Numbered from the stretch's first letter, positions 18,304 through 29,299 are shown. The stretch is 64,000 bases of DNA from an uncultured Verrucomicrobiae bacterium (GCA_963834385.1 CAWIBO010000002.1:384001-448000), one strand, 5' to 3'. Numbers and translations: made by a program. Notes: generated from the letters alone by a model not told the origin.

Positions 18304-18729
18304 ATGAGCGAATCTTTCGAAAGCGCGCGCGCGGCGGAGCCTGTGGGCGCATTTCCGCACGCGAAGCGCGTGGGCAACCTTCTCTTTCTTTCCGGGATCG
18401 GACCGCGGGTGCGTGGGAGCCAGGAGATTCCCGGCGTCACCCTGGATGCGGAGCGCAATGTCATCAGCTACGACATCGAGAAACAGTGCCATGCCGTGTT
18501 TGAGAACGTCCGGCTCGTCCTGGAAGACGCGGGAGCGGGCTGGAACGACATCGTGGATGTGACGGTTTTCCTGACCGACATGAAGAAGGATTTTCCGATT
18601 TTTAACCGGATCTATCCCGGATATTTCGCCGGGGAAGGCAAACCCAATCCGACGCGGACCACGGTGGAGGTGAGGGCGCTGCCGACGCCGATCGCGATTG
18701 AGTTAAAGGTGATCGCGGTGGCTGGCTGA
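18304..18729 (+). CDS. RidA/YjgF family protein (2-aminomuconate deaminase-like)
   Basis: GAFPHAKRVGNLLFLSG, PTRTTVEV, LPTPIAIELK. Confidence 0.9.
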   Translation: MSESFESARAAEPVGAFPHAKRVGNLLFLSGIGPRVRGSQEIPGVTLDAERNVISYDIEKQCHAVFENVRLVLEDAGAGWNDIVDVTVFLTDMKKDFPIFNRIYPGYFAGEGKPNPTRTTVEVRALPTPIAIELKVIAVAG

Positions 18730-18735
18730 GACGGG

Positions 18736-18790
18736 CATCCTATAATCCCCCGGGGGAGCCTGTCGTTTCTTGGACAGGATTCACAGGATG
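18736..18790. repeat. CAGGAT-type inverted repeat element
   Basis: CATCCTATAATCC ... GGATTCACAGGATG imperfect IR; same family as 1302-1328. Confidence 0.5.
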
Positions 18791-18897
18791 GCTTGGGGAG
18801 CAGGGTCCGATTGCATCAATCTCCCATCTCCCCGGTGAAAAGGGGCGGTCATCGTTTTGCATTCGATTTTCGGAAATCGACAGCCGACCATCCTCTC

Positions 18898-20697
18898 ATG
18901 CCGCGCATCCGCCTCATGTCCGAGACCCTGGCCAGCCAGGTCGCCGCGGGCGAAGTGGTGGAACGGCCCGCCTCGGTGGTCAAGGAGCTGGTCGAGAACA
19001 GCCTCGATGCCGGGGCGCGCTCGATCGAGGTCATGATCCGGCGCGGGGGCAACGCACTCGTGCGCGTGATCGACGACGGGTGCGGCATGGACCGGGACGA
19101 CGCGCTCCTTTCGCTCGAACGCCATGCCACCAGCAAAATCAGCCGGGCGGAGGATCTCGCCGCCATTTCCACCCTCGGCTTCCGCGGGGAAGCGCTTCCG
19201 AGCATCGCCAGCGTCTCCCGTTTCCGCCTTTCCACCCGGGAACCGGAGGCCGTGGCCGGGACGGAGATCATTGTCCAGGGCGGTCGAATCGAGACTGTGC
19301 GCGACGGCGGCGAGGCCCCGGGCACGCAGGTGGAGGTGCGCTCTCTCTTCTATAACCTGCCCGCTCGTCGCAAGTTTCTCCGGACGGAAAACACGGAGGC
19401 GCGCAACGTCGAGCATCAGCTCCATCTCCAGGCGATCGGCCATCCCGGCGTCGCCTTCGCCTATGTCCGCGATGAGACGGTCGTCTTCCAGCTTCCGCCC
19501 ACGACGGATCTGCGCGCCCGGGTCCGTGATCTGCATGGGGCCGAGCTGGCGGGACGTCTTCTCGATGTGCCGGAGGGGAACGGCCCAGTCCGGGTGCGCG
19601 GCATGATCGGGGAGGCCGGCGTCAGCCGCCAGACCCGCGCGCTGCAATATGTCTTCGTCAATGGCCGCGCCGTGGAAAGCCCGGTGCTGCACGCCGCCTT
19701 GCGCGAGGGTTATCACACCGCGCTCATGAAAGGCCAGTTCCCGGTTTGCTTCCTTTTCGTCGAGCTCGATCCCGCCGCGGTCGATGTCAACGTTCACCCG
19801 GCCAAGCGCGAAGTCCGTTTCCGCGATCCTTCTTCTGTCCGGGAAGCGGTCGTCAACGCCCTGCAACGCACGCTCGAGGAGGGGCGGCGCGACTGGCAGG
19901 AGCAGTTCCGGCCCGCGCCGGCTGGCCCGGACGTCTCTTTGCCCCCACCGGCAGCGATGGCCCCGGTCGCTCTTCCCGGCGCCACACCTTTCCCGGCCGC
20001 GCCGGTGCCCGAGCCCGATCTCAGCGGGCTGGCGGCTCCCTCCTTCGCCTCGCCGCGCATGCAACGCCCCGAGCCGCCCCCTGAGCCCGGTGCGGCGCCG
20101 GCGACCCCGGCGCACGATGGACGGTTTCAGATCATCGGCGTTCTCAACAAGCTCTATGTCTTGATGGAAAACGCCAATGGGCTTGTCCTGGTCGACCAGC
20201 ACGCCGCGCACGAGCGGATTCTCTTTGAGGAACTGCGGCGCCGCCTGGAGGAGCAGGGGGTTCCATCACAGCGGCTGCTCCTCGCCCAGACCTTTGAACT
20301 CCCGCCGCGGGACGCCGCCTGGGTGGAGCGCAACGCTGAAACCCTGCAGAAAATGGGCATCGGCATCGAGCCGTTCGGCGCCAACTCCTTCAAGATCGAC
20401 AGCCTGCCCGCTTTCCTGCACGTGACCGATCCGGTCCAGTTCATGCGCCACGTGATCGACGAGCTGAAAACGAGCGCCAGCTCGTCGTCGCCCATGCGAC
20501 TTGGCGAGGACATGATCGCGAAAACCGTCTGTCGCCACGCCGTGAAAGCGAATGATCCGCTCCGTTATCCCGAGCTGGAAAAGCTCATCGGCGATCTGCT
20601 CGAGTGCGAACTGCCCTATTGCTGCCCGCACGGGCGTCCGACCATGATCCAGATCTCGCACGCGGAGCTGGAGAAAAAGTTCGGGCGCAAAGTCTAG
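18898..20697 (+). CDS. mutL: DNA mismatch repair endonuclease MutL
   Basis: AAGEVVERPASVVKELVENSLDA, GFRGEAL, DQHAAHERILFE, CPHGRP. Confidence 0.97.
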   Translation: MPRIRLMSETLASQVAAGEVVERPASVVKELVENSLDAGARSIEVMIRRGGNALVRVIDDGCGMDRDDALLSLERHATSKISRAEDLAAISTLGFRGEALPSIASVSRFRLSTREPEAVAGTEIIVQGGRIETVRDGGEAPGTQVEVRSLFYNLPARRKFLRTENTEARNVEHQLHLQAIGHPGVAFAYVRDETVVFQLPPTTDLRARVRDLHGAELAGRLLDVPEGNGPVRVRGMIGEAGVSRQTRALQYVFVNGRAVESPVLHAALREGYHTALMKGQFPVCFLFVELDPAAVDVNVHPAKREVRFRDPSSVREAVVNALQRTLEEGRRDWQEQFRPAPAGPDVSLPPPAAMAPVALPGATPFPAAPVPEPDLSGLAAPSFASPRMQRPEPPPEPGAAPATPAHDGRFQIIGVLNKLYVLMENANGLVLVDQHAAHERILFEELRRRLEEQGVPSQRLLLAQTFELPPRDAAWVERNAETLQKMGIGIEPFGANSFKIDSLPAFLHVTDPVQFMRHVIDELKTSASSSSPMRLGEDMIAKTVCRHAVKANDPLRYPELEKLIGDLLECELPYCCPHGRPTMIQISHAELEKKFGRKV

Positions 20698-20730
20698 CGG
20701 GAACCTGGGCAGACCGTCGCGGCAGGAGGT

Positions 20731-20780
20731 GGACATGCGGAAGCATGTCCCTCCGGAGGGAGGCGCTTCCGCGCGTCCAA
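20731..20780. repeat. REP doublet, near reverse complement of 11783-11830
   Basis: GGACATGC-GGAA-GCATGTCC-CTCC, then GGAG-GGAGGCGC-TTCC-GCGCGTCC. Confidence 0.85.
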
Positions 20781-20790
20781 CCACGCGGCG

Positions 20791-21855
20791 CTAGCGGCCA
20801 CCGCCCGCGCCGGCCGCAGGCCGTTCTCCCCAGTATTTGGCGAGCACCTCTTTCAAGCGCGGGGTTTGCAGTCGAAAGTTTTGCTCTGCCGCCGTCGGCG
20901 CCTGCGGGAACCATTTCCACCAGAACATGCCCGCGAGAACGTCGCGCGACCGGTCGGCGGTGCGGAGAGCAGCCTCGACGCAGCGCGCCTGCACTTCCTC
21001 GGCGTGCGGTCCACCCGTTTTGAACGACCAGGGCTCAGCCGCGGCGCGCGCGTTCTCGTTATAGCCGATCTCCACGAAAACGAATTTCTTGTTGCCCTGC
21101 TGTTTCGAAAAACGTCGCAGGATCTCCATCCGCTCCGCCCAGGCCCGGTCCAGTTCCGCCTGCGACGGGTTCTTCGTTTTGGTCAGCGGAAAGTAAGCCA
21201 GCACGCCGAGGTAATCGACCGCGTCCCACCACGGAACCTGCTCGAACTCGTTCCAGTTCGCGCCATACGTGATCCGCCCATGATAAACCGCGCGGACCGC
21301 CGCGATGATCGCACGCCAGTCCTCCTCAAATTTCTGGGCGTGGGTATACTCGAGCCCGACGCAAAAAAGCGGTGCCTTCTCTTCCTCCGCGATCACCGCC
21401 ATCTCCACGATCCAGCGCCGGTATTCCGCAAAGAAGGCGTCCCATTCCGCCTTCGTCTTGAAATCGATCTCGCCGCGCCAGAGCCATTGCGTGCCCCAGT
21501 AGGCAATGTGCGGGATGAGCATCACCGAAATTCCCCGGTCGCGCGCCCAGCGCAGCGGCTGGCGGATGTGGCGGTCGTGGTCGCTCCCGGGCCAGCGCAG
21601 TCGCCCGTCGTTCTCGATCCGGGCGTAGGGATGAATCGAGATTGCGTTTACGCCCAGCGCCTTCAGCTCATCGAGCGACGATTCCATCGCCGGGCTTTGC
21701 CACTCGATCCCCCAGGTCTGGCAGGAGACCGTGACCCCTTCGTAAAACGTCGGCTCTTCCGCCCGGGATCCTTCCACTGCCGCGAAGAAGGAGACCATCG
21801 TCGCGAGCAGAAGAGGCACGCGGCGACGCCGGTTCGGCCGCGGTTGAATCATCAT
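20791..21855 (-). CDS. Secreted glycoside hydrolase, GH113-like TIM barrel
   Basis: Signal peptide; WRGEI, FCVGLE, TYGANW, WWDAVDYLGV, FVEIGY, FWWKW. Confidence 0.8.
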   Translation of the reverse strand: MMIQPRPNRRRRVPLLLATMVSFFAAVEGSRAEEPTFYEGVTVSCQTWGIEWQSPAMESSLDELKALGVNAISIHPYARIENDGRLRWPGSDHDRHIRQPLRWARDRGISVMLIPHIAYWGTQWLWRGEIDFKTKAEWDAFFAEYRRWIVEMAVIAEEEKAPLFCVGLEYTHAQKFEEDWRAIIAAVRAVYHGRITYGANWNEFEQVPWWDAVDYLGVLAYFPLTKTKNPSQAELDRAWAERMEILRRFSKQQGNKKFVFVEIGYNENARAAAEPWSFKTGGPHAEEVQARCVEAALRTADRSRDVLAGMFWWKWFPQAPTAAEQNFRLQTPRLKEVLAKYWGERPAAGAGGGR

Positions 21856-21877
21856 GCGGGACGGGAGCGGCGCCATC

Positions 21878-23038
21878 CTATTTCGGGCGGGGCGGCGCCG
21901 GGGAAAAGGCCGGGATTGGCTGGTTCGCCCCGAGCGCCTGCAGGCAAATCTCCGCGAAGTCGAGCGACTCGCCGATGACCTGGTCCATGTCGAGATAGCG
22001 ATAGGTGCCAAGGCGCCCGAGGAACGAAACGCCCGGGGTCTGCACGGCCAGCTCGCGGTACTTCTCCAGGAGGGTCAGGTCGGGCTCCAAACGTTTCGGA
22101 TAGTAAGGGACGTCGTCGGCGCCGGTCTCCTTGCTGAACTCGCGGAACGCGATCGTTCGTTCGTGTTTTTCCCAGGGTGCGAAATGCTTGTGCTCATGGA
22201 TGCGGGTGAACGGCACCTGCAGATCGGTGTAATTGATCACCGCGTTGCCCTGGAGATCACCTTCCGCATCGATCTGTTCAAAGGTGACCGTCCGATAGCT
22301 CAGCCGCCCAAGTTTGCAGCCGAAGAAAGCGTCGAGCGGCCCGGAATAAAAAACGTGGTCGGCTTTGTCGTGGCCGTTCGGTTCCCAGCGGGTCTTCAAC
22401 CGGAGAGTGATGCCGGGGTGATCCAGGATTCGGCGCACGATTTCGCTGTAGCCGTCCCGCGGGATGCCCTGGTGGGCCGAGTTGTAATAGTTGTCGTCGT
22501 AACTGAACCGGACCGGAAGGCGTTTCAAGATGGAAGCGGGCAGTTCGCGCGGTTCGCAGCCCCATTGCTTGCGCGTGTAGCCGTAAAAAAAGGCTTCGTA
22601 GAGTTCGCGCCCGATGAATTTCAAGGCTTGTTCCTCGAAGTTGGCCGGCTCGCCGATGGTGGTGTCGCTTTGCTGGGCGAGGAAGGCGCGCGCCTCCGCG
22701 GGCGAGAAAGTCTGGCCGTAGAACTGGTTGATCGTATGGAGATTGATCGGGAGCGAGAAAACGCCGCGCGCCGTCTGCGCCTTGACCCGATTGATCCAGG
22801 GCATGATCGGGACGAACCGATTCACGTAATCCCAGACGTCCTGATGGTTCGTGTTGAAGATGTGCGGCCCGTACTTGTGCACCATCACGCCACTCCGGTC
22901 ATCCCGCTCGGTGTGACAGTTTCCCGCGAGGTGGGGACGTTCATCCAGGACTTCCACCTGGCATTCGCAACGGCTGACCAGTTCCCGGGCCAGGACCGCA
23001 CCGCCGAACCCGGCACCGATGATCAGGAATTTGCGCAC
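21878..23038 (-). CDS. glf: UDP-galactopyranose mutase
   Basis: IGAGFGG, HKYGPHIF, YTRKQWG, RIHEHKHF, PYYP, GRLGTYRYLDMD; GTG start 23038. Confidence 0.95.
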   Translation of the reverse strand: MRKFLIIGAGFGGAVLARELVSRCECQVEVLDERPHLAGNCHTERDDRSGVMVHKYGPHIFNTNHQDVWDYVNRFVPIMPWINRVKAQTARGVFSLPINLHTINQFYGQTFSPAEARAFLAQQSDTTIGEPANFEEQALKFIGRELYEAFFYGYTRKQWGCEPRELPASILKRLPVRFSYDDNYYNSAHQGIPRDGYSEIVRRILDHPGITLRLKTRWEPNGHDKADHVFYSGPLDAFFGCKLGRLSYRTVTFEQIDAEGDLQGNAVINYTDLQVPFTRIHEHKHFAPWEKHERTIAFREFSKETGADDVPYYPKRLEPDLTLLEKYRELAVQTPGVSFLGRLGTYRYLDMDQVIGESLDFAEICLQALGANQPIPAFSPAPPRPK

Positions 23039-23182
23039 AATGAGATAAGGGGAGGGCCCGTCTTCCGGCGCGGCGCGCCGGAGAGCAAGGTTCCAGCACC
23101 GATTTCGTCGCAGGGAACGTTTCAGGCAAGTGACAAAACGCCGGGGACGCGACTTGGGGTTTCGTGGTAGAATTGCCGCCGC

Positions 23183-23977
23183 ATGGAGGAGATTCCGCGT
23201 TTCAACGTCCTCGGGGTGGGCATTTCCGCCCTGAACCAGACCAAAGCGCGGGAACATCTTTTTGCCGCGGTTCGCGAAGGCCGGCGCGGGTATGTCACGA
23301 TCAACAACGTCCACACCGTGAGCGAGGCGGTGCCCGATGAAAAACTTCGCCGCATCTTTGCCGGTTCGCTCCTCTCGACGCCCGATGGCATGCCGCTCGT
23401 CTGGCTCGGGCGCTGGCATGGTTTCCCTGAGGTGGATCGCGTTTACGGTCCCGACCTCCTCCTGAACCTGTGTGAGCACTCGCAGGGGCCCGGGTTCCGC
23501 CATTTTTTCTACGGGGGCAAACCGGGCGTGGCCGAGGAACTCGCGCGCAACCTCCAGGCGCGCTTTCCGCAACTGGTGGTGGCGGGGACGTTCACCCCGC
23601 CTTTCCGGCCGCTGAACGACGAGGAACGGCGCGACCTGTCCGGGAAAGTGCGCGCGGCCCGGCCTGATTTCGTCTGGGTGGGGATCAGCTCGCCCAAGCA
23701 GGAATATTTCATGGACGAATACTGTCCGCTCCTGACCGAGGCCAAAATTTTCATCGGGATCGGGGCCGGGTTCGATTTCCTGAGCGGCCGGGTGCGCCAG
23801 GCCCCGCGCTGGATGATGCGGGCCGGGCTGGAATGGCTTTTCCGGCTGACCCAGGAGCCGCGTCGCCTCTGGCACCGCTATCTCGTCCTCAACCCGCTCT
23901 TCATCCTGCGCACCGCCGCCCAGCTCCTTGGCCTCCGCCGTTACGACATTCCGGCGACTCCTTCGTTGCGAGTTTGA
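23183..23977 (+). CDS. WecB/TagA/CpsF glycosyltransferase
   Basis: PDGMPLVW, RVYGPDL, PKQE, GAGFDF, GLEWLFRL. Confidence 0.93.
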   Translation: MEEIPRFNVLGVGISALNQTKAREHLFAAVREGRRGYVTINNVHTVSEAVPDEKLRRIFAGSLLSTPDGMPLVWLGRWHGFPEVDRVYGPDLLLNLCEHSQGPGFRHFFYGGKPGVAEELARNLQARFPQLVVAGTFTPPFRPLNDEERRDLSGKVRAARPDFVWVGISSPKQEYFMDEYCPLLTEAKIFIGIGAGFDFLSGRVRQAPRWMMRAGLEWLFRLTQEPRRLWHRYLVLNPLFILRTAAQLLGLRRYDIPATPSLRV

Positions 23978-24000
23978 CGGTTCGCTCTACCGTTCCAGTC

Positions 24001-24987
24001 ATGTCATCCCCCGGCGGCATAAAAGGACACGCCATTGAGGCCGGCGGCTATTTGAAGGCCCTGGGGATCTGGAGTGCGCGCAATCCCGCTTCGGCCTTTC
24101 TTTTGGCCGCCGCGCTCGCCGCGCTCACTTATTTCTTCGGATTCCTCCCCCTTTACGCCAACGCCACCCAGCCGGTGTTGACCTGGGCGTGGCTCCGATT
24201 TCTTCCCCAGTACAACCAGGAGCACAGCAAGATCATCCCGCTCGTGGTCCTGTTCCTGGTTTGGTATCACCGCGACAAGATCAAGGCGGCTCCGGTCAAA
24301 GGGAGCAATCTGGGCCTGTTCTTTATCGGGCTCGGCTTGGCGTCGTATGTCGTCGCCGCCCGCGCGCTTCAGCCCCGCGTGGCCCTGCTCGGCCTGCCGG
24401 TCCTGGTCTTCGGCATCGTTCTCTATGTCTGGGGCCGGGAGATTGCGCGCATTCTCATGTTCCCGATCGGTCTGCTCGTTTTCATGATCCCGATGGGGGC
24501 GCTCGAGCAGACCACCTTCCGCCTGCAATTTCTGATCATCGGGTTCGTCAAATTCCTCAGTAACATTTTCGGCATTGGCATTTACACGGTCGGGACCTCG
24601 ATCCGGCCGATCTCAAACGAATGGGGCTTCGAGATCGCGGAAGGGTGCAGCGGCATCCGCTCCCTGATCGCCATGATCATGATCACGGCGATTTACGCCC
24701 ACCTGCGGGAACCGAAGCTTTGGAAGAAGATGGCGCTGCTCGCCGCCTCGATCCTTTTCGCGGTGGTCGGAAATGCCGGGCGCGTCTTCACCATCATCGT
24801 CCTGGGCAAGCTCGGGTTCCCGACCTTCGCCGGCGGCGTTTATCACGATTGGTCGAGCCAGCTGATCTTTTTCCCGATCGCGCTCGCGTGCATGCTCGGA
24901 TTTCACAAGCTGTTAAACCTGAACTACCGGCGGATCTTCCGCCGGGGCGCGCTCAAGGAGAAGGAGGCGGTGGTGTATGACTACTAG
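24001..24987 (+). CDS. Exosortase family protein
   Basis: Multi-TM; catalytic Cys (EGCSGIRS), Arg (GNAGRV) and His (YHD); followed by EpsI. Confidence 0.92.
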   Translation: MSSPGGIKGHAIEAGGYLKALGIWSARNPASAFLLAAALAALTYFFGFLPLYANATQPVLTWAWLRFLPQYNQEHSKIIPLVVLFLVWYHRDKIKAAPVKGSNLGLFFIGLGLASYVVAARALQPRVALLGLPVLVFGIVLYVWGREIARILMFPIGLLVFMIPMGALEQTTFRLQFLIIGFVKFLSNIFGIGIYTVGTSIRPISNEWGFEIAEGCSGIRSLIAMIMITAIYAHLREPKLWKKMALLAASILFAVVGNAGRVFTIIVLGKLGFPTFAGGVYHDWSSQLIFFPIALACMLGFHKLLNLNYRRIFRRGALKEKEAVVYDY

Positions 24988-25705
24988 CCGTCTCCTCCTG
25001 CTTCTCGTCGTCCTGGGGGTTGGCCTCGGGTCCGTCTTTTTCCTGCCGAAGACCGTGGGTTCGCAGCCGGCGGGCATCCGGCTGGAGCTGCCCGAGTATG
25101 TGGGCAAATGGTACGGGGTCGACCAGGAGATCACCCAGCGCGAGCGCGACACCCTCGCGGCGGACACGCAGTTTGCCCGCAAGCTTTATACCGATGGCCT
25201 GGGCAATTCGGTCTACGTCTCCATCGTCATGTCGGGGAACGATCTCGACAACAGCATTCATCGGCCCGAGCGCTGTCTGCCGGCGCAAGGCTGGACCGTG
25301 GCGGATTCGCGGAAGGTGGCCGTGCCCGTTACCGACGGCAAACTGCAGGTGACGCGGCTGCACAACGTGCGGCAGATCCCGACGAAGGTGGGGACGATGG
25401 TCCCGATCTACAACCTGAGCTACTACTGGTTTGTCGGGCACGACGAGGTGACCGCCTCGCATTTCGAACGCACCTTCATCGACATCAAGGATCGCGTCCT
25501 GCACGGTTACAACCAGCGCTGGGCCTACATCACGGTGGGAGCCGAGGTCACCGAAGGCCTGGTCCGCTTCGGCCGCTCGGAAAAGGCGACCGACGAGATG
25601 ATCCGCGATTTCATCGAGAAACTTTATCCAACAATCTCATCTCCTGGGGCGGCGGTTTCATCTGCTGCAGTAGCTAAAACTTCGCCCCCGCAGCCGCGTG
25701 CTTAG
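24977..25705 (+). CDS. Exosortase-associated EpsI family protein
   Basis: N-terminal TM; SIHRPERCLPAQGW; YYWF. Confidence 0.9.
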   Translation: MTTSRLLLLLVVLGVGLGSVFFLPKTVGSQPAGIRLELPEYVGKWYGVDQEITQRERDTLAADTQFARKLYTDGLGNSVYVSIVMSGNDLDNSIHRPERCLPAQGWTVADSRKVAVPVTDGKLQVTRLHNVRQIPTKVGTMVPIYNLSYYWFVGHDEVTASHFERTFIDIKDRVLHGYNQRWAYITVGAEVTEGLVRFGRSEKATDEMIRDFIEKLYPTISSPGAAVSSAAVAKTSPPQPRA

Positions 25706-25721
25706 AGATCTCGCGGAATAG

Positions 25722-26339
25722 CTACCCCGCGCCGACTCTTGCGATGGCGAGGAATTGCAGCGCGCGGCCGAAGAGGAGATTAATGCCGGGAGGGTACAGG
25801 TTCATCCGGTCCAGCCGCAAAACCGGCTGAAGTTTCAGGCGGTCGAGGACCTCAGTCCATTCGCGCGCAGTCCGATATCGAAAAAGGCAGGGCACTCCGT
25901 GAGGCGCGTTCGCCGCCCAGTCGATGAGGCAAATTCGTTGGTAGGCCAGGGGACCACTTATCTGGTGGTCTTTGATGACTACCAACCTGCGGGAGACCCG
26001 AAGACACTCCTTCAAAAGATCGTCGGAAGATTCCTCATGATGGAGGACATCTGCCAGGATGACGACGTCGTAAGAGCGATCGTCGAAGGGAAACCGTGTT
26101 CCCTCGTAGGGCATGACCTTGATTGGCTCACCGCCCCGTCTGTGTTTCTCCAGGCCATGAACAACAAGGTCCTTTTGCGGATTCGCGTTCAATAGGCCCG
26201 CGCCGAGGGCTCCGACCCCGCAACCGACATCCAGAACGTGGTCGCCGGCTTGCAGGTGGGGAGAGATCGTCCTGACCAGAACCTCGAGACGCCTTTGATA
26301 GATCGGACGATGCAAAGCCAGGAGGAAAGTTTTGAGCAT
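25722..26339 (-). CDS. Class I SAM-dependent methyltransferase
   Basis: VLDVGCGVG, YDVVILADVLHH. Confidence 0.88.
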   Translation of the reverse strand: MLKTFLLALHRPIYQRRLEVLVRTISPHLQAGDHVLDVGCGVGALGAGLLNANPQKDLVVHGLEKHRRGGEPIKVMPYEGTRFPFDDRSYDVVILADVLHHEESSDDLLKECLRVSRRLVVIKDHQISGPLAYQRICLIDWAANAPHGVPCLFRYRTAREWTEVLDRLKLQPVLRLDRMNLYPPGINLLFGRALQFLAIARVGAG

Positions 26340-26346
26340 ATCGGGA

Positions 26347-27812
26347 CTATCTGGTTTCGAAGATTCGGAAAGCGTGCAGTGCGTGCGTTTGCACCAGGCC
26401 ATGTTCCGCGGCGTAACGGACCGTTTTCCCTTCAGGATCGTAGATGTCTCCCTTCGAAAGAACGATCATGTCGGGTTTAGGCAACCGCGAAAGGCGCGTA
26501 GGCGATGGGGTCAGGACCGGACTGGACGGTTGGTCGAGCGGCAACCCGTAAAAGAGGCCGGTGCTCCGGTCTGCCATCCACCAGATACGCGCACCCTTGG
26601 AGAGGGCTCGGTGGATCATTTCAGACGCACCACGATAATCGTCCCGCGCGTGTCTTGCGGCAAAGCGCACTTCGAGGGCGGAAGCGAGGAAAACTGCCGG
26701 AAGGACGGAGAGAGTGCAACGCGCGCCCACCGTCCGTTCTTTGTCCCCAACTGGCGCATGCCCAAAGCCAGGGCAAAAAGGACGAAAGGGAACAACGGCA
26801 TGAGGTGACGCCCAAGGATCCGGACGTGTGAAATGTTCCCCGCAAGCATCACGAGCCCCAAGGGAAGGAGAACGCCCAGGAGAACAGCCAGGGCCTGACG
26901 ACTTCTCCACCAAGTCGCAGGCAGCGATCGCCAGGCTTGCCAGGCAATGATGATCAGGGCGAAAACTCCCAGAGCCAGGGGCAGGGCATGCTTTGCGAGG
27001 GCACCGGCAACGTTCACGCGCATCTGGGTTCGACCCGGCCCGAAGCCCGCGAGCCCCAGCTGCTCGTAAAGAACAAAGAAGAGATTCGCGATGTTGGTCG
27101 TGGCAATGGCCGAGGCCCGTGCGCCCAGCTGGATGGTCCAGCCATAATAAACGGCCAGGGCCGTCATGGCAGCGAGGAAGCCCAGGACGATCGGAAGATT
27201 GTCGCGGAGCAGCCGGAAAAAATTCTCACGGCCAAGCAGCACGGCGACCCCGGCGAGCCATCCCACTGTCCACGGCACGGCCACCAGACTGGTGGCGGCA
27301 ACGAGGAAAAGTCCCAGAAAGGATACCGCCAATGGAGCAAGCGTCCGGTTACCGGCATTGACCTCCTCGACCAGCCGAATGAGTCCGGCGAGGGCAACGC
27401 AGGAGGCGGCAAAAAGGAGAATATAAGGACGGGCTTCCGAAAGGTAGTACCAGGTGAACGCGTTGGTCAGCGCAAGAGCGGTGAACCAGAATTGCATCCT
27501 CGGCCGACCTTGCAGCGCCCAAAGGGCCGCCGCCAGGCCGGCGAAAAGGAGCGGGACGTTGGCCGTTCGAAGAGAAACTTCGCTTGCTCCGAAAAGTTTT
27601 TCCCAGCCCCACAGGTAGAAAAGGTGCGGCAGGAGTTGAAGATTTGAATGGCCCTCCACCCGCAGCGCATGCCACCAGTCGACCACTGAAGGTTGGATCG
27701 CCTTCATTCCGGCGGCACCCTCGTCTATCCAGAAGCTCTGGTTCGAAATGGCGAAGGCGCTAACTATGAGTGTGGCAATCGCCAGGAGCAGGAGCTTTAA
27801 TGGGCCTGACAT
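26347..27812 (-). CDS. GT-C type membrane glycosyltransferase (frameshift near 26700)
   Basis: SFWIDE motif after TM1, EARPY, many TM helices; C-terminus (RHARDDYR) continues in ORF 26347-26913. Confidence 0.7.
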
Positions 27813-27844
27813 GCGGTTAACCTAGCTCTCCCAAAATTCCGCGA

Positions 27845-29286
27845 ATGCAAGCTCCGGCCGGCAACGGTTCTTCTGAAGCCCCGCTCTGTGTTGATCTCGA
27901 CGACACGCTTCTGCGGACCGATCTGCTCTACGAATCTCTCCTCCTCCTTGCCCTGCGGGCGCCTTCTTCCCTGCTACGGGTGCCCCTTTGGCTCTGGCAG
28001 GGACGAGCCAGCCTCAAGCGGCGGTTGACGGAGCAGGCGATCGACGTCGCTCGTCTCCCTTTCCGCGCTGACCTCTTGGAATATTTGCGAGCCGAGCGCG
28101 CGCGTGGCCGGCGCCTCGTTCTCGTTACGGCGACCGACAGGCACCTTGCGCACTTGATTCAGGAACACCTGCAACTGTTTGACGAGGTCCTGGGCAGCGA
28201 TGGCGCAGTGAATCTTAAAGGACCTGCCAAAGCGCGGATTCTCGAGGACAGGTTCGGAAAAGCGCAATTTGATTATGCCGGGGATTCGCGCGCCGATCTT
28301 CATGTCTGGCGGTCGGCCCGCCGGGCGGTGGTGATTTCCGATAGCGCCCGGTTTATCGCGGGGGTAAAGAGCATCATTCCCGTGACGAAAACCTTTCCGA
28401 AATCGACGCGTCCGGCCGAGGCCTTGTTTCGGGCCTGTCGTCCCCATCAGTGGGCGAAGAATCTTCTCGTCCTGGTTCCGATCGTTACCGCGCATCGGAT
28501 GGCCGATTTCCCAGTTGTTCTTGCGGGAATCCTGGCCTTCATCAGTTTCAGCCTCCTCGCCTCCAGTGTTTATCTTTGGAATGACATGCTGGATCTGGAA
28601 TCGGACCGTGGACATGCGACGAAGCGGAACCGGCCACTCGCGGCGGGACAGGTGAGCATCCCGGCGGCCGCCGCCCTGGCCTCGCTGCTTTTGCTCGCTG
28701 GCCTGGCAGTGGGCGCTCTTACGGGGCCGGGCTTCCTTCTCATCGCTGGAATCTACCTCGTCAGCAATTTCGCGTATTCGACCTGGCTGAAGCGCGTCGT
28801 CATGCTCGACGTGGTCATTCTGGCCTGCTTTTACACCCTTCGCCTCCTCGGGGGCGGGGCGGCCACGGGTATCGGGGTCTCCGACTGGCTGCTGGCGTTC
28901 TCCGTCTTCTTCTTCTTCGGCCTCGCCATGGTCAAGAGGTATCAGAGCTCCGCCTGGTGGCGGAAAATGATGTGATGCCGGTAATGGGCCGCGGGTATGT
29001 CGCGACCGATTTGGAGCCCGTCCGGGCCTTTGGAATCGCCGCCGGAATGCTCTCGGTCTTGGTCATGGTCCTGTACGTCATGAGCCCTGAAGTGAGGATC
29101 CTGTATCAGCGTCCTTCGCTGCTCCTGCTGCTTTGTCCCTTGCTCCTTTACTGGATCGCCCGGCTTTGGTTCAAGGCGAACCGGGGGGAAGTGCCGCAGG
29201 ATCCTGTCCTTTTCGCGCTGACGGATCGAACGAGCTACCTGACCGGCCTTCTGAGCGCGCTGGTTTTGTATGCCGCCGCGCGGTAA
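27845..29286 (+). CDS. HAD-like plus UbiA prenyltransferase (polyprenyl-phosphate phosphoribosyltransferase-like; frameshift near 28945)
   Basis: VDLDDTL, RPHQWAKN, NDMLDLESDR..KRNRP, KR; C-terminal GRGY...DPVLFALTD in ORF 28957-29286. Confidence 0.85.
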
Positions 29287-29299
29287 GGCCGGATGACCG

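Noticed and set aside
21878..23875. 665-aa extended Glf
   Set aside because: The extension is antisense to the WecB/TagA gene; Glf homology begins at 23038
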